The notes under the pieces: generated by a model
What the model was told of the DNA's origin: nothing
Databases searched by the model: none
What the model saw: only the letters and a program-made list of their open reading frames with translations
In this document: one piece after another, positions 21,730-31,621 of the stretch
Position numbering within the stretch: position 1 is the stretch's first letter
Layout of the letters: each line of letters starts with the position of its first letter
Assembly (NCBI GenBank): GCA_036128475.1
Contig: JAYYQI010000052.1
Coordinates: forward strand, 50,065-114,064
Reading direction: 5' to 3'
DNA: 64,000 nucleotides
DNA from: Verrucomicrobiota bacterium
Lineage (GTDB): Bacteria; Verrucomicrobiota; Verrucomicrobiia; Opitutales; Seribacteraceae
Translations under genes and position numbers: made by a program

Positions 21730-22839
21730 ATGCCTGTTAGTCACACATATCCCATGAGCGAAGAAATTAGTTTAGAAGAAGTCGATCTATTGACGAGTCA
21801 GGTGCTTGATGAAGCCATTAGTTCTGATGATTTTGCTAGGCTGGAAACTCTTTTATTGAATCCAGTTTACCGAAGACGCTATCTTGACTTAATGTTGCAA
21901 GAATCTTTGCTGCATTGGGAAGAAAGTAAACCTGAGTCACTTACATTTGAAGATCCGATAAAGCCAAGATTGTTTCCATTTCCTATAATTAGTGCAGTTG
22001 CCGCTATTTTTGTCGCTGTTGGTGGAATGATTTTTATTAAATTTCCTGATATCTTGGAGGATTTCTATCTTTCCGAAAAAGAAGTAACCTTCCATAAAAG
22101 TAGTGTTGATTCAGATAAACCTATAAACCCGCAAACTCATTTTTCTGCTTCTGGTGTAGATGCGACTTTTTTACTTAGTAATCCCTCCGCATCCGCTTCC
22201 GCTTATGAAACTGCAGAGTTTCAGGCCAAACATGGCATAGAAGCCTTACTAAAGAACCGAACATTTGATAATAAGGGTCATATCAGTCTACATCCTAAAT
22301 TTTCAACTTGGAGTCGTTTGGAAAAATGTGGAGTACCCTCAGAAAACGGAGTTTTGCCACTTTCCGGCAGTGATATGTTCAAATTCTCCCAGATGGTGAT
22401 TGATGTGGATTCTCAAATTGCTGAAATTGCTGAAACCATCCAAGTTGTTGACTTACGAAATTTACAGGACTCTTTTGGTGAGGGCTCTGCTACAGTTGAT
22501 GCCGCCGTTCTTTTCAATCAGGCTCATGGAGTGGCCAACGACAGCACTGAGTTTACTTTGTCCATCCATGCACTCTCATGTTCAACTGAAAATACACATG
22601 AAAGCTTGGCCTCAAGCAAAAGCACTATTTTGAGTGACTTGAGCCCACAATCTTGGGAAGAAGTAAAGTCTGAAATTGTTCTCCCCGAGAAGACGGATTT
22701 CCTTGTCTTAGCTTTTTCTGCTAAGAAAATCGGACCGGATGCTTTAATTGCGGATGCTTCGCACCACTATGCGGATAATTTGAATATTAATCTTTCCCTC
22801 CAGTCATCTGGAGTTAGAACCGTAATCGAGATACTATAA
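21730..22839 (+). CDS. Probable anti-sigma factor (single TM, extracytoplasmic beta-sandwich)
   Basis: Directly follows the ECF sigma; N-terminal L..LL.....RRRYL motif, one TM, C-terminal D..P.SWE....LP..TDFL domain. Confidence 0.65.
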   Translation: MPVSHTYPMSEEISLEEVDLLTSQVLDEAISSDDFARLETLLLNPVYRRRYLDLMLQESLLHWEESKPESLTFEDPIKPRLFPFPIISAVAAIFVAVGGMIFIKFPDILEDFYLSEKEVTFHKSSVDSDKPINPQTHFSASGVDATFLLSNPSASASAYETAEFQAKHGIEALLKNRTFDNKGHISLHPKFSTWSRLEKCGVPSENGVLPLSGSDMFKFSQMVIDVDSQIAEIAETIQVVDLRNLQDSFGEGSATVDAAVLFNQAHGVANDSTEFTLSIHALSCSTENTHESLASSKSTILSDLSPQSWEEVKSEIVLPEKTDFLVLAFSAKKIGPDALIADASHHYADNLNINLSLQSSGVRTVIEIL

Positions 22840-22901
22840 TCATTGCTCCGTTATCGTTTGACGAGAGGACTCTGTATAAGCATATAAATCTACACTTGTA
22901 G

Positions 22902-24128
22902 ATGTATTATGTTCTAAGTTCATTTTTCTTTTTTGGTTTCTGTTCCATCTGGGCACAACGCAATATCTCTGCATCCTCAATTTCACCTATTTCCATTAGT
23001 GAAGAAATTCGAACTTCCTGGGGAAACGACGAACCAAAAAAACTCTGGTCTTTAAATATCGGATCTGGCTTTTCCTCGGTTGTGGACATCGGAGAAAAAT
23101 CTTTCTGCCAAGGATATAAGGAAGGCAAGAATACTCTTTTTTGCGTTGAATCAACGACTGGAAAAATATTGTGGACTCATGAATATCCTTGTGCTCTTGC
23201 CGCCAAAAATTTTCGTGGAGGAAGTCGCTGCACTCCCTCGGTTTACGAAAATGTCATCTATCTTCCAAGTCATGAAGGAGATCTTTATGCATTGAATGTA
23301 GATTCTGGTAAAATAATTTGGAGCATTAATTTGGTTAGAAATTTTGGTGGGGTTCGCCCAACTTGGGGCTTTTCAGGATCGCCTCTTCTAATCGAAGGTA
23401 AGCTCATTTTGCAAACAGGTTCCCCTCAAGGTTCAGTAGTGGCTTTGGATGCTAAATCTGGAAAATTGATATGGAGAGCGGGTGCGAGACAAGCGGGCTA
23501 TGCTTCACCCGTGTTAAGAGCGAATTCTAGAGAAATTATGATTTTCAATCAGTACGGACTTTCAATGCATGACTTGGACAGTGGCAGGGAAACGAAATCA
23601 TATCAACATAAGACACGCTTTGGGATCAATGCGGCCAAACCCTTAGATTTAGGAGATAAAGTTTTACTAACCAGTGGATACGGAAAGGGTAGTGCCTTGG
23701 TAGATGTTCGTGGTTCTCAAATGCGAGAATTATGGGTTTTGGATTCGATTTCCTGCCACATATCTTCGCCTATTCAAATAGGCGGCTATGTCTATGGGAT
23801 TCATGGACAAATTGGCACTCGCTCCAGCTATGCGACTTTGTTTTGTTTGGATGTGAATAGTGCTCGTAAAATCTGGGAGGTGAGAGGTCTTGGTTTAGGC
23901 TCACTTGTTGCAGTAGGAGATATATTGGTTATTCTAACGGAGGATGGTGAACTTATTTTGGGTAAGTCGGATGGAAGAAAATTCGCCGAACTAGCCAATT
24001 TTCAAGTCCTAAGCGGGAAGGATAATTGGATACAACCTACATACTATAAGGGAAGAATGCATTGTCGGAGTAGTTCTGGAGAATGGGTTTGCCTAAAGAT
24101 GGGAGTTGAAACACAAAGGAGTGATTAA
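22902..24128 (+). CDS. Exported PQQ-binding-like beta-propeller repeat protein
   Basis: Signal-like N-terminus; repeated L.ALD..SGK..W blades; WGFSGSP, GYASP. Confidence 0.85.
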   Translation: MYYVLSSFFFFGFCSIWAQRNISASSISPISISEEIRTSWGNDEPKKLWSLNIGSGFSSVVDIGEKSFCQGYKEGKNTLFCVESTTGKILWTHEYPCALAAKNFRGGSRCTPSVYENVIYLPSHEGDLYALNVDSGKIIWSINLVRNFGGVRPTWGFSGSPLLIEGKLILQTGSPQGSVVALDAKSGKLIWRAGARQAGYASPVLRANSREIMIFNQYGLSMHDLDSGRETKSYQHKTRFGINAAKPLDLGDKVLLTSGYGKGSALVDVRGSQMRELWVLDSISCHISSPIQIGGYVYGIHGQIGTRSSYATLFCLDVNSARKIWEVRGLGLGSLVAVGDILVILTEDGELILGKSDGRKFAELANFQVLSGKDNWIQPTYYKGRMHCRSSSGEWVCLKMGVETQRSD

Positions 24129-24571
24129 CCTCCTAAGAGAGCCATTTTGGTTTTTTCCAACAATTTACAAAGCTCGCGTTTTTCACGATTGCTAAATCCT
24201 CTGGTCATACTTGACTCCAGTTCAATGGCAATTTTCTTTGCTGTATTGTATTTTTCGGTACCTTTTTCAGTTATGCCAAGAATTTTTCTTCTTTGGTCCT
24301 GCAAGCTGGATTTTCGATGAATCAATCCTGCATTTTCCATTCTCAAAACAAGGCCGGCAATATTGTTTGCATCTGTTGACATTAAACTTTTTAGATCGCT
24401 TTGGTTAAGGAACTTATCTACAGCTTCAGAAATCCATCGAAGCGCAGTGTATTGATCCGGGGTAATACCAAGAGTTACCAATCTATTGCGAAAAACTGAG
24501 TTCAACTTTATCCAACATGAACGCAGTAATGGAGGTAATTCAGCAATATCCCTATTTTTAGAAATCTCCAT
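24125..24571 (-). CDS. MarR family transcriptional regulator
   Basis: GITPDQY..L, LVLRMENAGLI.R....DQRR..L.ITEKG; divergent from the 18-gene operon. Confidence 0.92.
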   Translation of the reverse strand: MEISKNRDIAELPPLLRSCWIKLNSVFRNRLVTLGITPDQYTALRWISEAVDKFLNQSDLKSLMSTDANNIAGLVLRMENAGLIHRKSSLQDQRRKILGITEKGTEKYNTAKKIAIELESSMTRGFSNREKRELCKLLEKTKMALLGG

Positions 24572-24587
24572 ATTTTAAAAATCTGAT

Positions 24588-24617
24588 TTGACAGAATTAT
24601 ACATACAGGTACTAAAT
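24588..24617 (+). promoter_or_regulatory. Candidate promoter of the 18-gene operon in the 75-bp divergent intergenic region
   Basis: Perfect TTGACA at 24588-24593; only a weak -10 (TACTAA/CTAAAT). Confidence 0.4.
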
Positions 24618-24646
24618 GTTTTTCTTTCATACAATCTTTTTCTCAT

Positions 24647-26995
24647 ATGAGCTCCCTTAAAAAAATAAACCTACTACTCGCATCAATTTTACTTTTGGGA
24701 TTTTTGGGATGCCAAAGCGACTGGCGCGTAGCTAAATTTTCCAAGAAAATATTAGGTATTGGCGACAGGCTTCCTGATCAAACCACTGAGGCTCAGTCGC
24801 AGGTTCGTACGGATTGGTTATTTTGGAGAGGGCCCTCGGGGACTGGTTATTCGCAACAAAATGACTTTCCTATGGATTTTAACCAATCCCTTCTTTGGAC
24901 CCATGAGATCCAGGGAGGTGGGGTGCCTGTCGTTGCTGGTGGTCGCATGTATCAATTTGGATATTATGGAACGACAGAAGATCTCCAAGAAGCATTGGTA
25001 TGTTTTGATTCGAGTTCAGGGAAAGTTTTATGGGAAAGACGACATAGTGACTTTATTAGTGATATCGTCTATAATCGATATGGTGTCGGGGCTGCATGCG
25101 TAGACCCATCTAGCGGAAATGTCTTTTTTCAAACAAGTCCAGGAGTGCTTGTAGGTTATGATCGTGATGGTTCATTACTGTGGGAACGGTCGCTGATGGA
25201 GGAATTTGCTCGATTAACTTTTCCAAATGGTCGAACAGGTGGTCCTTGCGTGGACGAAAACCTAGTAATCATCCACGCTATAACTGCAAACTGGGGTAAA
25301 CAAGGACCGGCTCGGGATCGTTTCTATGCATTCGATAAAGAAACAGGTAAATTGGTTTGGGTCTCAACTCCTGGAATAACACCCAAAGACAGCTCTTTTG
25401 CCCCTCTGATTTTCGAAGATCTTCCAGATGGCAGAAGAGTCTTTTATAGTGGAACCGGATGTGGTCATGTTGTTTGCATAGACGCACGTACGGGGCAACC
25501 GCTTTGGCGTTTTCAAATGTCGTATGGTGGGGTCAATGCCGGAGTGGTTATACATGAAGATACAATCATAGCCGTGCACGGAAAGGAAAACATTGATACA
25601 TCTGTAATTGGCAGAATGGTAGCGATTCGTAAGCCAAGAAATTTACCTTCTGTAGGAGAGGATATTATGATTTTGGGTAAGGAGCACGAGGTTTGGAGAA
25701 ACAACCGAATGGAATCCTTCACCAGCACACCTGTGTACAATGCAAACCGTCTTTACTGCACAATTAAACGCGGAGAGCTTATCTGTCTGGACGCAAATAC
25801 TGGCAAACAAATTTGGCATTTGAAGCTTGCTCCCGATCAAATTCACGCCTCGCCAACAATGGCAGGTGATACACTTTTTGTACCGATGTTTAATGGGAAA
25901 GTTTTCATTGTGAAAGACGAGGGCCAAGAGCCTAAGGTTTTAAGTGAAATGGATCTTGGTTCAGCCTGCTTGGCTGCACCGGCTATTGCCCATGGAAAAG
26001 TTTTCGTCCAGTCAAAAAAGAAGTTGTATTGTTTTGGTGCAGCTGATTCTTCGCCTGCGTTTATAAGCTCGCCTTTGAAGCAATTTAATTCAACGGGTCC
26101 AGCGGTTTCTCTGCAAGTTGTCCCCGCTGAGTTTGCTTTACTTGCGGGAAAAAGCGAAAGATTCGAAGTTTTCTCTCTAGATTCTGCAGGTCGCCGAATA
26201 GAAAAACTGGAAAAAGGTTTGACTTGGGAAAAGTGGGTTCCACCCACGGCAAAAGTTCAATCGAAGGTGGACGCGACTATTAGTCAACAAGGTATACTTA
26301 CCGCAGAACCAGATGCTCTTTTGTCGGCTGGAGCGATTAAGGTTTCAAGTGGATCGCTTAGTGGAGTTACCAGAGGGCGCGTCATTCCAAATTTACCTTA
26401 CAATGAAAATTTTGAGGATGGTTTTGCGTTTCAGCATACGAGTTCCGATCAAATATCCTTTTCATATCCTCCTTTACCGTGGTTGGGGGCTAGGATGAGG
26501 TGGCAAGTTCAAAAAATGGGAGAAAATACTGTTGCGGGAAACACTCTTGACCGAGTCTTATTCCAACGAGCCATTAATTTTCTGGGTCATAAAGATATGA
26601 GCAACTATACGATGGAAGCAGATGTAATGACGGACGGAGATCGCAGAATCAAATCGAATGTCGGACTTATCAACCAAAGATATATCTTTGTTCTTGTTGG
26701 AAATAGCCAAAAACTGGAAGTTGTCTCGAACTTTGATAGATTTCGACACTCAGTTCCCTTTTCAATCAGAACCAATACTTGGTATCGTCTTAAAACACGC
26801 GTTGATCTTGCTTCTTCAAATACAGGAGTTATAAAAGCGAAAGTTTGGCCCAAAGAAGAAGAAGAACCAGATTCTTGGACCTTAGAAGTTGAGCACACTA
26901 ATGCTCATGTTAAAGGTGCTCCGGGTATATATGCAATGTCTCCTCAGAGTAAGAAGAAAGTATACATAGATAATATTTCCATAAGCCAGAACTAA
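24647..26995 (+). CDS. Lipoprotein: PQQ-like beta-propeller + Ig-like linker + C-terminal concanavalin/DUF1080-like domain
   Basis: Lipobox FLGC, WRGPSGTG, repeated D..TG...W blades, C-terminal YTMEADV...WYRLK..KVWP..EPD.W. Confidence 0.8.
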   Translation: MSSLKKINLLLASILLLGFLGCQSDWRVAKFSKKILGIGDRLPDQTTEAQSQVRTDWLFWRGPSGTGYSQQNDFPMDFNQSLLWTHEIQGGGVPVVAGGRMYQFGYYGTTEDLQEALVCFDSSSGKVLWERRHSDFISDIVYNRYGVGAACVDPSSGNVFFQTSPGVLVGYDRDGSLLWERSLMEEFARLTFPNGRTGGPCVDENLVIIHAITANWGKQGPARDRFYAFDKETGKLVWVSTPGITPKDSSFAPLIFEDLPDGRRVFYSGTGCGHVVCIDARTGQPLWRFQMSYGGVNAGVVIHEDTIIAVHGKENIDTSVIGRMVAIRKPRNLPSVGEDIMILGKEHEVWRNNRMESFTSTPVYNANRLYCTIKRGELICLDANTGKQIWHLKLAPDQIHASPTMAGDTLFVPMFNGKVFIVKDEGQEPKVLSEMDLGSACLAAPAIAHGKVFVQSKKKLYCFGAADSSPAFISSPLKQFNSTGPAVSLQVVPAEFALLAGKSERFEVFSLDSAGRRIEKLEKGLTWEKWVPPTAKVQSKVDATISQQGILTAEPDALLSAGAIKVSSGSLSGVTRGRVIPNLPYNENFEDGFAFQHTSSDQISFSYPPLPWLGARMRWQVQKMGENTVAGNTLDRVLFQRAINFLGHKDMSNYTMEADVMTDGDRRIKSNVGLINQRYIFVLVGNSQKLEVVSNFDRFRHSVPFSIRTNTWYRLKTRVDLASSNTGVIKAKVWPKEEEEPDSWTLEVEHTNAHVKGAPGIYAMSPQSKKKVYIDNISISQN

Positions 26996-27012
26996 TCCTT
27001 TAATTATATCAA

Positions 27013-28530
27013 ATGAAGTTTTATAAATCATATTCTCTAGCATTATTGTTTCTAAGTCTATCCTTAGTGGTGCACGGCAAAGATTGGCCGACCTGGGGTG
27101 GTAATTCTTCACGCAACATGGTCTCTGTCGAAAGTCAAATCGTTATGGATTTTAATCCTGGCGAAATGGATGACGATGAAAAGGTCGATATGTCCACGAC
27201 CAAAAACATAAAATGGGTAGCAAAATTAGGCTCTCAGGCATACGGAAATGTAACGATCTCTAATGGTAGGGTTTTTGTAGGCACCAACAATGAATCTCCA
27301 AGAGACGAGGGTAAAAAGGGAGATCGTGGTGTAGTCATGTGTTTTGATGAAAAAACAGGAGATTTAGTATGGCAACTTGTTATCCCTAAGCTCGGTGCCG
27401 GTAAAGTCAGTGATTGGGAATACATCGGAGTATGCTCTTCACCAGCCATTGAAGGGGAGCGAGTCTATGTTGTGACCAACAAGTGCGAGGTTGTCTGTTT
27501 GGATATACAAGGATTCGCAAACGGAAACGACGGTCCCTTTGTCGATGAAGCAAACTATGTTCGCCCGAAAGGAACACAGGACGCTCTTAATAAAAAAGTG
27601 GATGCGGATATTTTATGGATGTATGACATGCGAGATGAATTGGGAGTTTTTCCTCATAATGTGACGAGTTCCTCTCCCTTGATAATTGGTGATTCACTCT
27701 TTGTTGCGACATCCAACGGAGTCGATTGGTCTCATACCAACATTCCAAGTCCTCTTTCGCCAAGTTGGATTGCACTGGATAAGAATACTGGTGAATTAAT
27801 AGGAGAAGATGGCTCTGGGGCGAGTGCGGGTGCATTACATGCGGCATGGTCTTCATTGACCTATGGCAAAATCAATGGAGAAGAGATTCTTATTTGGGGG
27901 GGAACGGATGGCTATTGCTACGGCTATCACAACAAGACTCAGAAAGATGCAGACGGATATGACCTTTTCCAACCCAAATGGAAAGTTGATTGTAATGAAT
28001 TAAGCTATCGAAAGGACAAGGATGGGAAGAAGATTCCATATGCCACACCACCGGGACCTAGTGAGCTTATTGGAACACCCATTCTTTACGAAAATAAGGT
28101 TTATTGTGCAATAGGCCAAGATCCTGAGCATGGAGACGGCGTTGGTAGGCTTACTTGCATTGATGCATTGAGTGGTAAAGTTCTTTGGAAATATACCGAT
28201 GTCGGAAGAACGATCTCAACTGCATCGGTTCACGAAGGGTTAGTCTACCTAGCTGAATATGCAGGCATTATACATTGTCTCGATGCAAACACTGGAGAAG
28301 TATATTGGCAGCACGATTCATTCAGTCGAATTTGGGGCTCCACATTGGTTGTTGATGGAAAGGTTTTGCTTGGTAACGAGGATGGTGATCTGCTCATTCT
28401 AGACCATGGTAAAAATAAACCAAAGGTTACGAACGTCAATATGGGAGCTCCTGTTTACAGTTCTCCAGTGGTGGCTAATGGAACTCTTTATGTTGCGACC
28501 CAAACCCACCTCTATGCGGTTGGTAAATGA
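27013..28530 (+). CDS. Exported PQQ-binding-like beta-propeller protein
   Basis: Signal peptide, DWPTWGG..RNM, NIKWVAKLGSQAYG, repeated propeller blades, terminal SSPVVANG.LYV. Confidence 0.87.
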   Translation: MKFYKSYSLALLFLSLSLVVHGKDWPTWGGNSSRNMVSVESQIVMDFNPGEMDDDEKVDMSTTKNIKWVAKLGSQAYGNVTISNGRVFVGTNNESPRDEGKKGDRGVVMCFDEKTGDLVWQLVIPKLGAGKVSDWEYIGVCSSPAIEGERVYVVTNKCEVVCLDIQGFANGNDGPFVDEANYVRPKGTQDALNKKVDADILWMYDMRDELGVFPHNVTSSSPLIIGDSLFVATSNGVDWSHTNIPSPLSPSWIALDKNTGELIGEDGSGASAGALHAAWSSLTYGKINGEEILIWGGTDGYCYGYHNKTQKDADGYDLFQPKWKVDCNELSYRKDKDGKKIPYATPPGPSELIGTPILYENKVYCAIGQDPEHGDGVGRLTCIDALSGKVLWKYTDVGRTISTASVHEGLVYLAEYAGIIHCLDANTGEVYWQHDSFSRIWGSTLVVDGKVLLGNEDGDLLILDHGKNKPKVTNVNMGAPVYSSPVVANGTLYVATQTHLYAVGK

Positions 28531-28548
28531 TAGGGTTACGGAGGTAAC

Positions 28549-28761
28549 ATGGGAAAATCATTAGTTTGGGGTCTTTTTGTAATTCTTTTTTTTCTGCATC
28601 AAGATTTCTGGTGGTGGGATGACGCTGACTTAATCTTTGGCTTTATGCCCATTGGTCTTGCTTACCATGCAGGATTTTCTATGGCTTGTGCTTTCCTTGG
28701 GTGGCTTGCCATTTCCTATGCATGGCCGCATGATTTAGAGAAATTTGCGGAAGAAGAATAA
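28549..28761 (+). CDS. Small membrane protein, DUF3311-like SSS transporter accessory subunit
   Basis: 70 aa, two TMs, LHQDFWWW..FGFMPIGLAYH; immediately upstream of the SSS symporter. Confidence 0.8.
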   Translation: MGKSLVWGLFVILFFLHQDFWWWDDADLIFGFMPIGLAYHAGFSMACAFLGWLAISYAWPHDLEKFAEEE

Positions 28762-28797
28762 AGTAACAATTCAATCTATCCATTTTAAGGAAATGAA

Positions 28798-30495
28798 ATG
28801 ACCACACTCTCCGTAATCATTGGATACCTTTGCCTCTTACTTGCATTGGGTTTTTTTAGTAACCGTTTGTTTCGAGGAACCAGCAAGGATTATTTTGTGG
28901 CCAGTCATAGCATTGGTCCATTCCTCTTATTAATGAGTGTTTTTGGTACGACCATGACAGCATTTGCTCTCGTTGGTTCTACTGGAAAATCCTTTGAGCG
29001 CGGGATTGGAACCTATGGATTAATGGCTTCTATTAGCGGTCTGGTACATGCAGCCATTTTTTTCCTGATAGGCATTAGACTCTGGGCCTTTGGTAAAAAA
29101 CATGGATTCATTACCCAAATTCAATTCTTCCGTGCTCGTTTCGAATCAGACTCCATTGGCTACCTACTTTTTCCAATACTTGTACTATTGGTTATTCCCT
29201 ATCTTTTGATTGGAATTATTGGAGCCGGTAAAACGATCGAACCGGTAACCGCGGGTGCATTTCCAGCTTTATTCACGAATCCCACGGCACCCCAATGGCT
29301 TGGGGGTGTGCCTCCATGGCTTACGGGTCTTGTGGTCTCTTTAGTGGTTCTAAGTTATGTCTTTATGGGTGGCTCCAGAGGTGCGGCCTTCGCAAACACT
29401 TTCCAAACCATAGTATTTATGATTATGGGCTTAGTTGCCTTTACTTTTATTATAAATGCCTTGGGAGGGATAGATAATGCAGGCAAGGTACCGGCACGCA
29501 TCAATGAAAAAGGCATTATTGTTCAAGATTTTCGGTTCGATAAAGAGAGCGGCCTGCTGCAGCAAAATGATCCGCCTAAAACTATCGGGCGTGTTATTGC
29601 ATCGGAAAATTCAGATTTCACCGATAAGCAACCTCATTTTTGGCGAGAGCCTATTGCGGTTGAATTTAAAACTAAAAACCGCAAAACCGGCGAACTTGTT
29701 CCATTCGAAAGGGAATTGGGTATTCCATTCATTACATTTGTTACCTATTTATTTATTCCACTCAGTGTTGGAATGTTTCCTCATTTGTTTCAACATTGGC
29801 TTACCGCAAAAAGTGCCAAATCCTTTAGACTTACTGTCATTGCCCATCCGCTCTGCATAATGGTCGTTTGGGTTCCTTGCGTTTTGGTTGGCGCATGGGC
29901 GAGTGGAGTGCTTCCTGCAGGTATTCCTCCTCCTGCGGTCCTTTCTGCAATGCTCAATCTTTTAGTTGGAGACCCGGTTCTAATTGGACTTTTAACGGCT
30001 GGAGTCCTAGCTGCAATTATGTCTTCGCTAGATTCACAATTTCTTTGCCTAGGCACAATCTTTACAAATGACATTGTCATTCATCGTGCAGGAAAAAACA
30101 AATATTCAGATAAACAGATTATCTTCATTGCCCGATGCTTCATTATTGCGATTGTAGCCTTAACCTACGGTCTTGCCATGCTCGCCAAGGATGCGAATGT
30201 TTTTGATCTGGCAATCTGGTGCTTTAGCGGATTTTCGGCACTCTTCCCAGTTGTTTTCGCAGCACTTTATTGGAAGAGAACTACTAAAGAAGGAGCGATT
30301 GCAAGTGTTCTAGCTGCACTTTTCAGTTGGTTGTATTATTTTCATGAATCAGGATATGGAGGAGAATATATGGTCGGACCAGGAATAGTACCTGCTGCGA
30401 TCTGTTTTGGTGCATCAGCTTTAGCATTGGTATTGGTCTCCCTTTTCACCACTCCTCCTTCGAAAAAAACGATAGAAAAATTTTTCCCAAAGTAA
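28798..30495 (+). CDS. Sodium:solute symporter (SSS family)
   Basis: DYFVA, many TMs, AAIMSSLDSQ, ALYWKR. Confidence 0.92.
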   Translation: MTTLSVIIGYLCLLLALGFFSNRLFRGTSKDYFVASHSIGPFLLLMSVFGTTMTAFALVGSTGKSFERGIGTYGLMASISGLVHAAIFFLIGIRLWAFGKKHGFITQIQFFRARFESDSIGYLLFPILVLLVIPYLLIGIIGAGKTIEPVTAGAFPALFTNPTAPQWLGGVPPWLTGLVVSLVVLSYVFMGGSRGAAFANTFQTIVFMIMGLVAFTFIINALGGIDNAGKVPARINEKGIIVQDFRFDKESGLLQQNDPPKTIGRVIASENSDFTDKQPHFWREPIAVEFKTKNRKTGELVPFERELGIPFITFVTYLFIPLSVGMFPHLFQHWLTAKSAKSFRLTVIAHPLCIMVVWVPCVLVGAWASGVLPAGIPPPAVLSAMLNLLVGDPVLIGLLTAGVLAAIMSSLDSQFLCLGTIFTNDIVIHRAGKNKYSDKQIIFIARCFIIAIVALTYGLAMLAKDANVFDLAIWCFSGFSALFPVVFAALYWKRTTKEGAIASVLAALFSWLYYFHESGYGGEYMVGPGIVPAAICFGASALALVLVSLFTTPPSKKTIEKFFPK

Positions 30496-30527
30496 AACGA
30501 ATTGTGAATTCGTAAATTCAAGCTTTA

Positions 30528-31616
30528 TTGACTTACCCTATGCCAAACGAACAAGAAATTAAGCAGGCGGCGGACGAATTAAACGCTCATGTCGTTGAAA
30601 TCATAAAGTGGCACTTTTCGCCAGAAACCGGTTGTCCATTTTGGCTAGACTGGGCTAAGGAACAAAACTGGAATCCAATCGATGAGGTTTCCAATTTTGA
30701 TGACCTTTGCCAAAAGTTTCCAAATTTTCAAGATGAATGGCTTCGCGATTTGCCTAATGATGTATGGGTGCCGAAAGCTTTTGAGAATAGGCCATTTAAT
30801 ATCTTCGAGACTGGAGGTACGACCGGCATGCCTAAGCAAAGAATAGGTTGGGACGATTTCAGAATCGATTACACGGCTTTCTCGGACACCTTGAGTGATG
30901 AACACTTTCCACGAAATCACTACTGGATGATGGTCGGTCCGACAGGCCCTCGTCGCCTTAGGCTTGCAATCGAGCATTTGGCCAACGAACGAGGCTGCTC
31001 ATGTTATTTCGTAGACTTAGATCCCCGTTGGGTGAAACGCTTAATAGCTGGCAAGCAATTTGATCAGGCTCGTGCTTACATGGATCATGTAGTAGATCAG
31101 GCCTTAACCATTTTAAAGCATCGTAATATAAGTGCACTTTTTACCACACCCAAACTTCTCGAGGCCTTGGCAGAGAGAAAAGATTTGGTCAAAGCGGGTA
31201 TTAAGGGTGTATTTTGTGGTGGTACCACCATGGATAAACAATATGCCCGCTTTCTCGTCGAAGAGGTATGTGAAGGAGGTCAAATTGGTTTTGTGCCGAC
31301 TTATGGAAATACTCTTATGGGTCTGGCTAGGCATCATCCCATTGGGCCAGAGAATGATTATTCTATAGCTTACTATGCACCGCAACCACGTGCAGTTCTC
31401 AGGGTTGTTAATCCGGATACAAACAAAGCGGTTGATTATGATACTTGGGGTAGAGTTGAGCTAACTACACTGACCAAAGAATTTTTTATGCCGCGTTTCC
31501 TAGAACGAGACGAGGCTCTGCGACGTAAGCCATGGGATAAAGCACCATGGGATGGCGTTGCGGAGGTGCGCCCATTTGGAGCAATGGAGAAAAAAATCGT
31601 AGAAGGAGTGTATTAA
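30528..31616 (+). CDS. EhpF/GriC-type truncated adenylating enzyme (arylcarboxylate reductase component)
   Basis: WHFSPETGCPFWL N-terminal signature, ETGGTTGMPK P-loop, DLDPRWVK, GGT, YGNTL, ERD; only ~360 aa (no ANL C-terminal subdomain). Confidence 0.8.
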   Translation: MTYPMPNEQEIKQAADELNAHVVEIIKWHFSPETGCPFWLDWAKEQNWNPIDEVSNFDDLCQKFPNFQDEWLRDLPNDVWVPKAFENRPFNIFETGGTTGMPKQRIGWDDFRIDYTAFSDTLSDEHFPRNHYWMMVGPTGPRRLRLAIEHLANERGCSCYFVDLDPRWVKRLIAGKQFDQARAYMDHVVDQALTILKHRNISALFTTPKLLEALAERKDLVKAGIKGVFCGGTTMDKQYARFLVEEVCEGGQIGFVPTYGNTLMGLARHHPIGPENDYSIAYYAPQPRAVLRVVNPDTNKAVDYDTWGRVELTTLTKEFFMPRFLERDEALRRKPWDKAPWDGVAEVRPFGAMEKKIVEGVY

Positions 31617-31621
31617 TTATT

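Noticed and set aside
28549-28761. RiPP precursor peptide for the radical SAM enzyme
   Set aside because: It is a hydrophobic two-TM DUF3311-like partner of the SSS symporter, and the rSAM enzyme has no SPASM/RRE features
31547-31621. Listed start of the ALDH-fold ORF
   Set aside because: It overlaps the EhpF-like gene; ATG 31622 just after that gene's stop is more plausible
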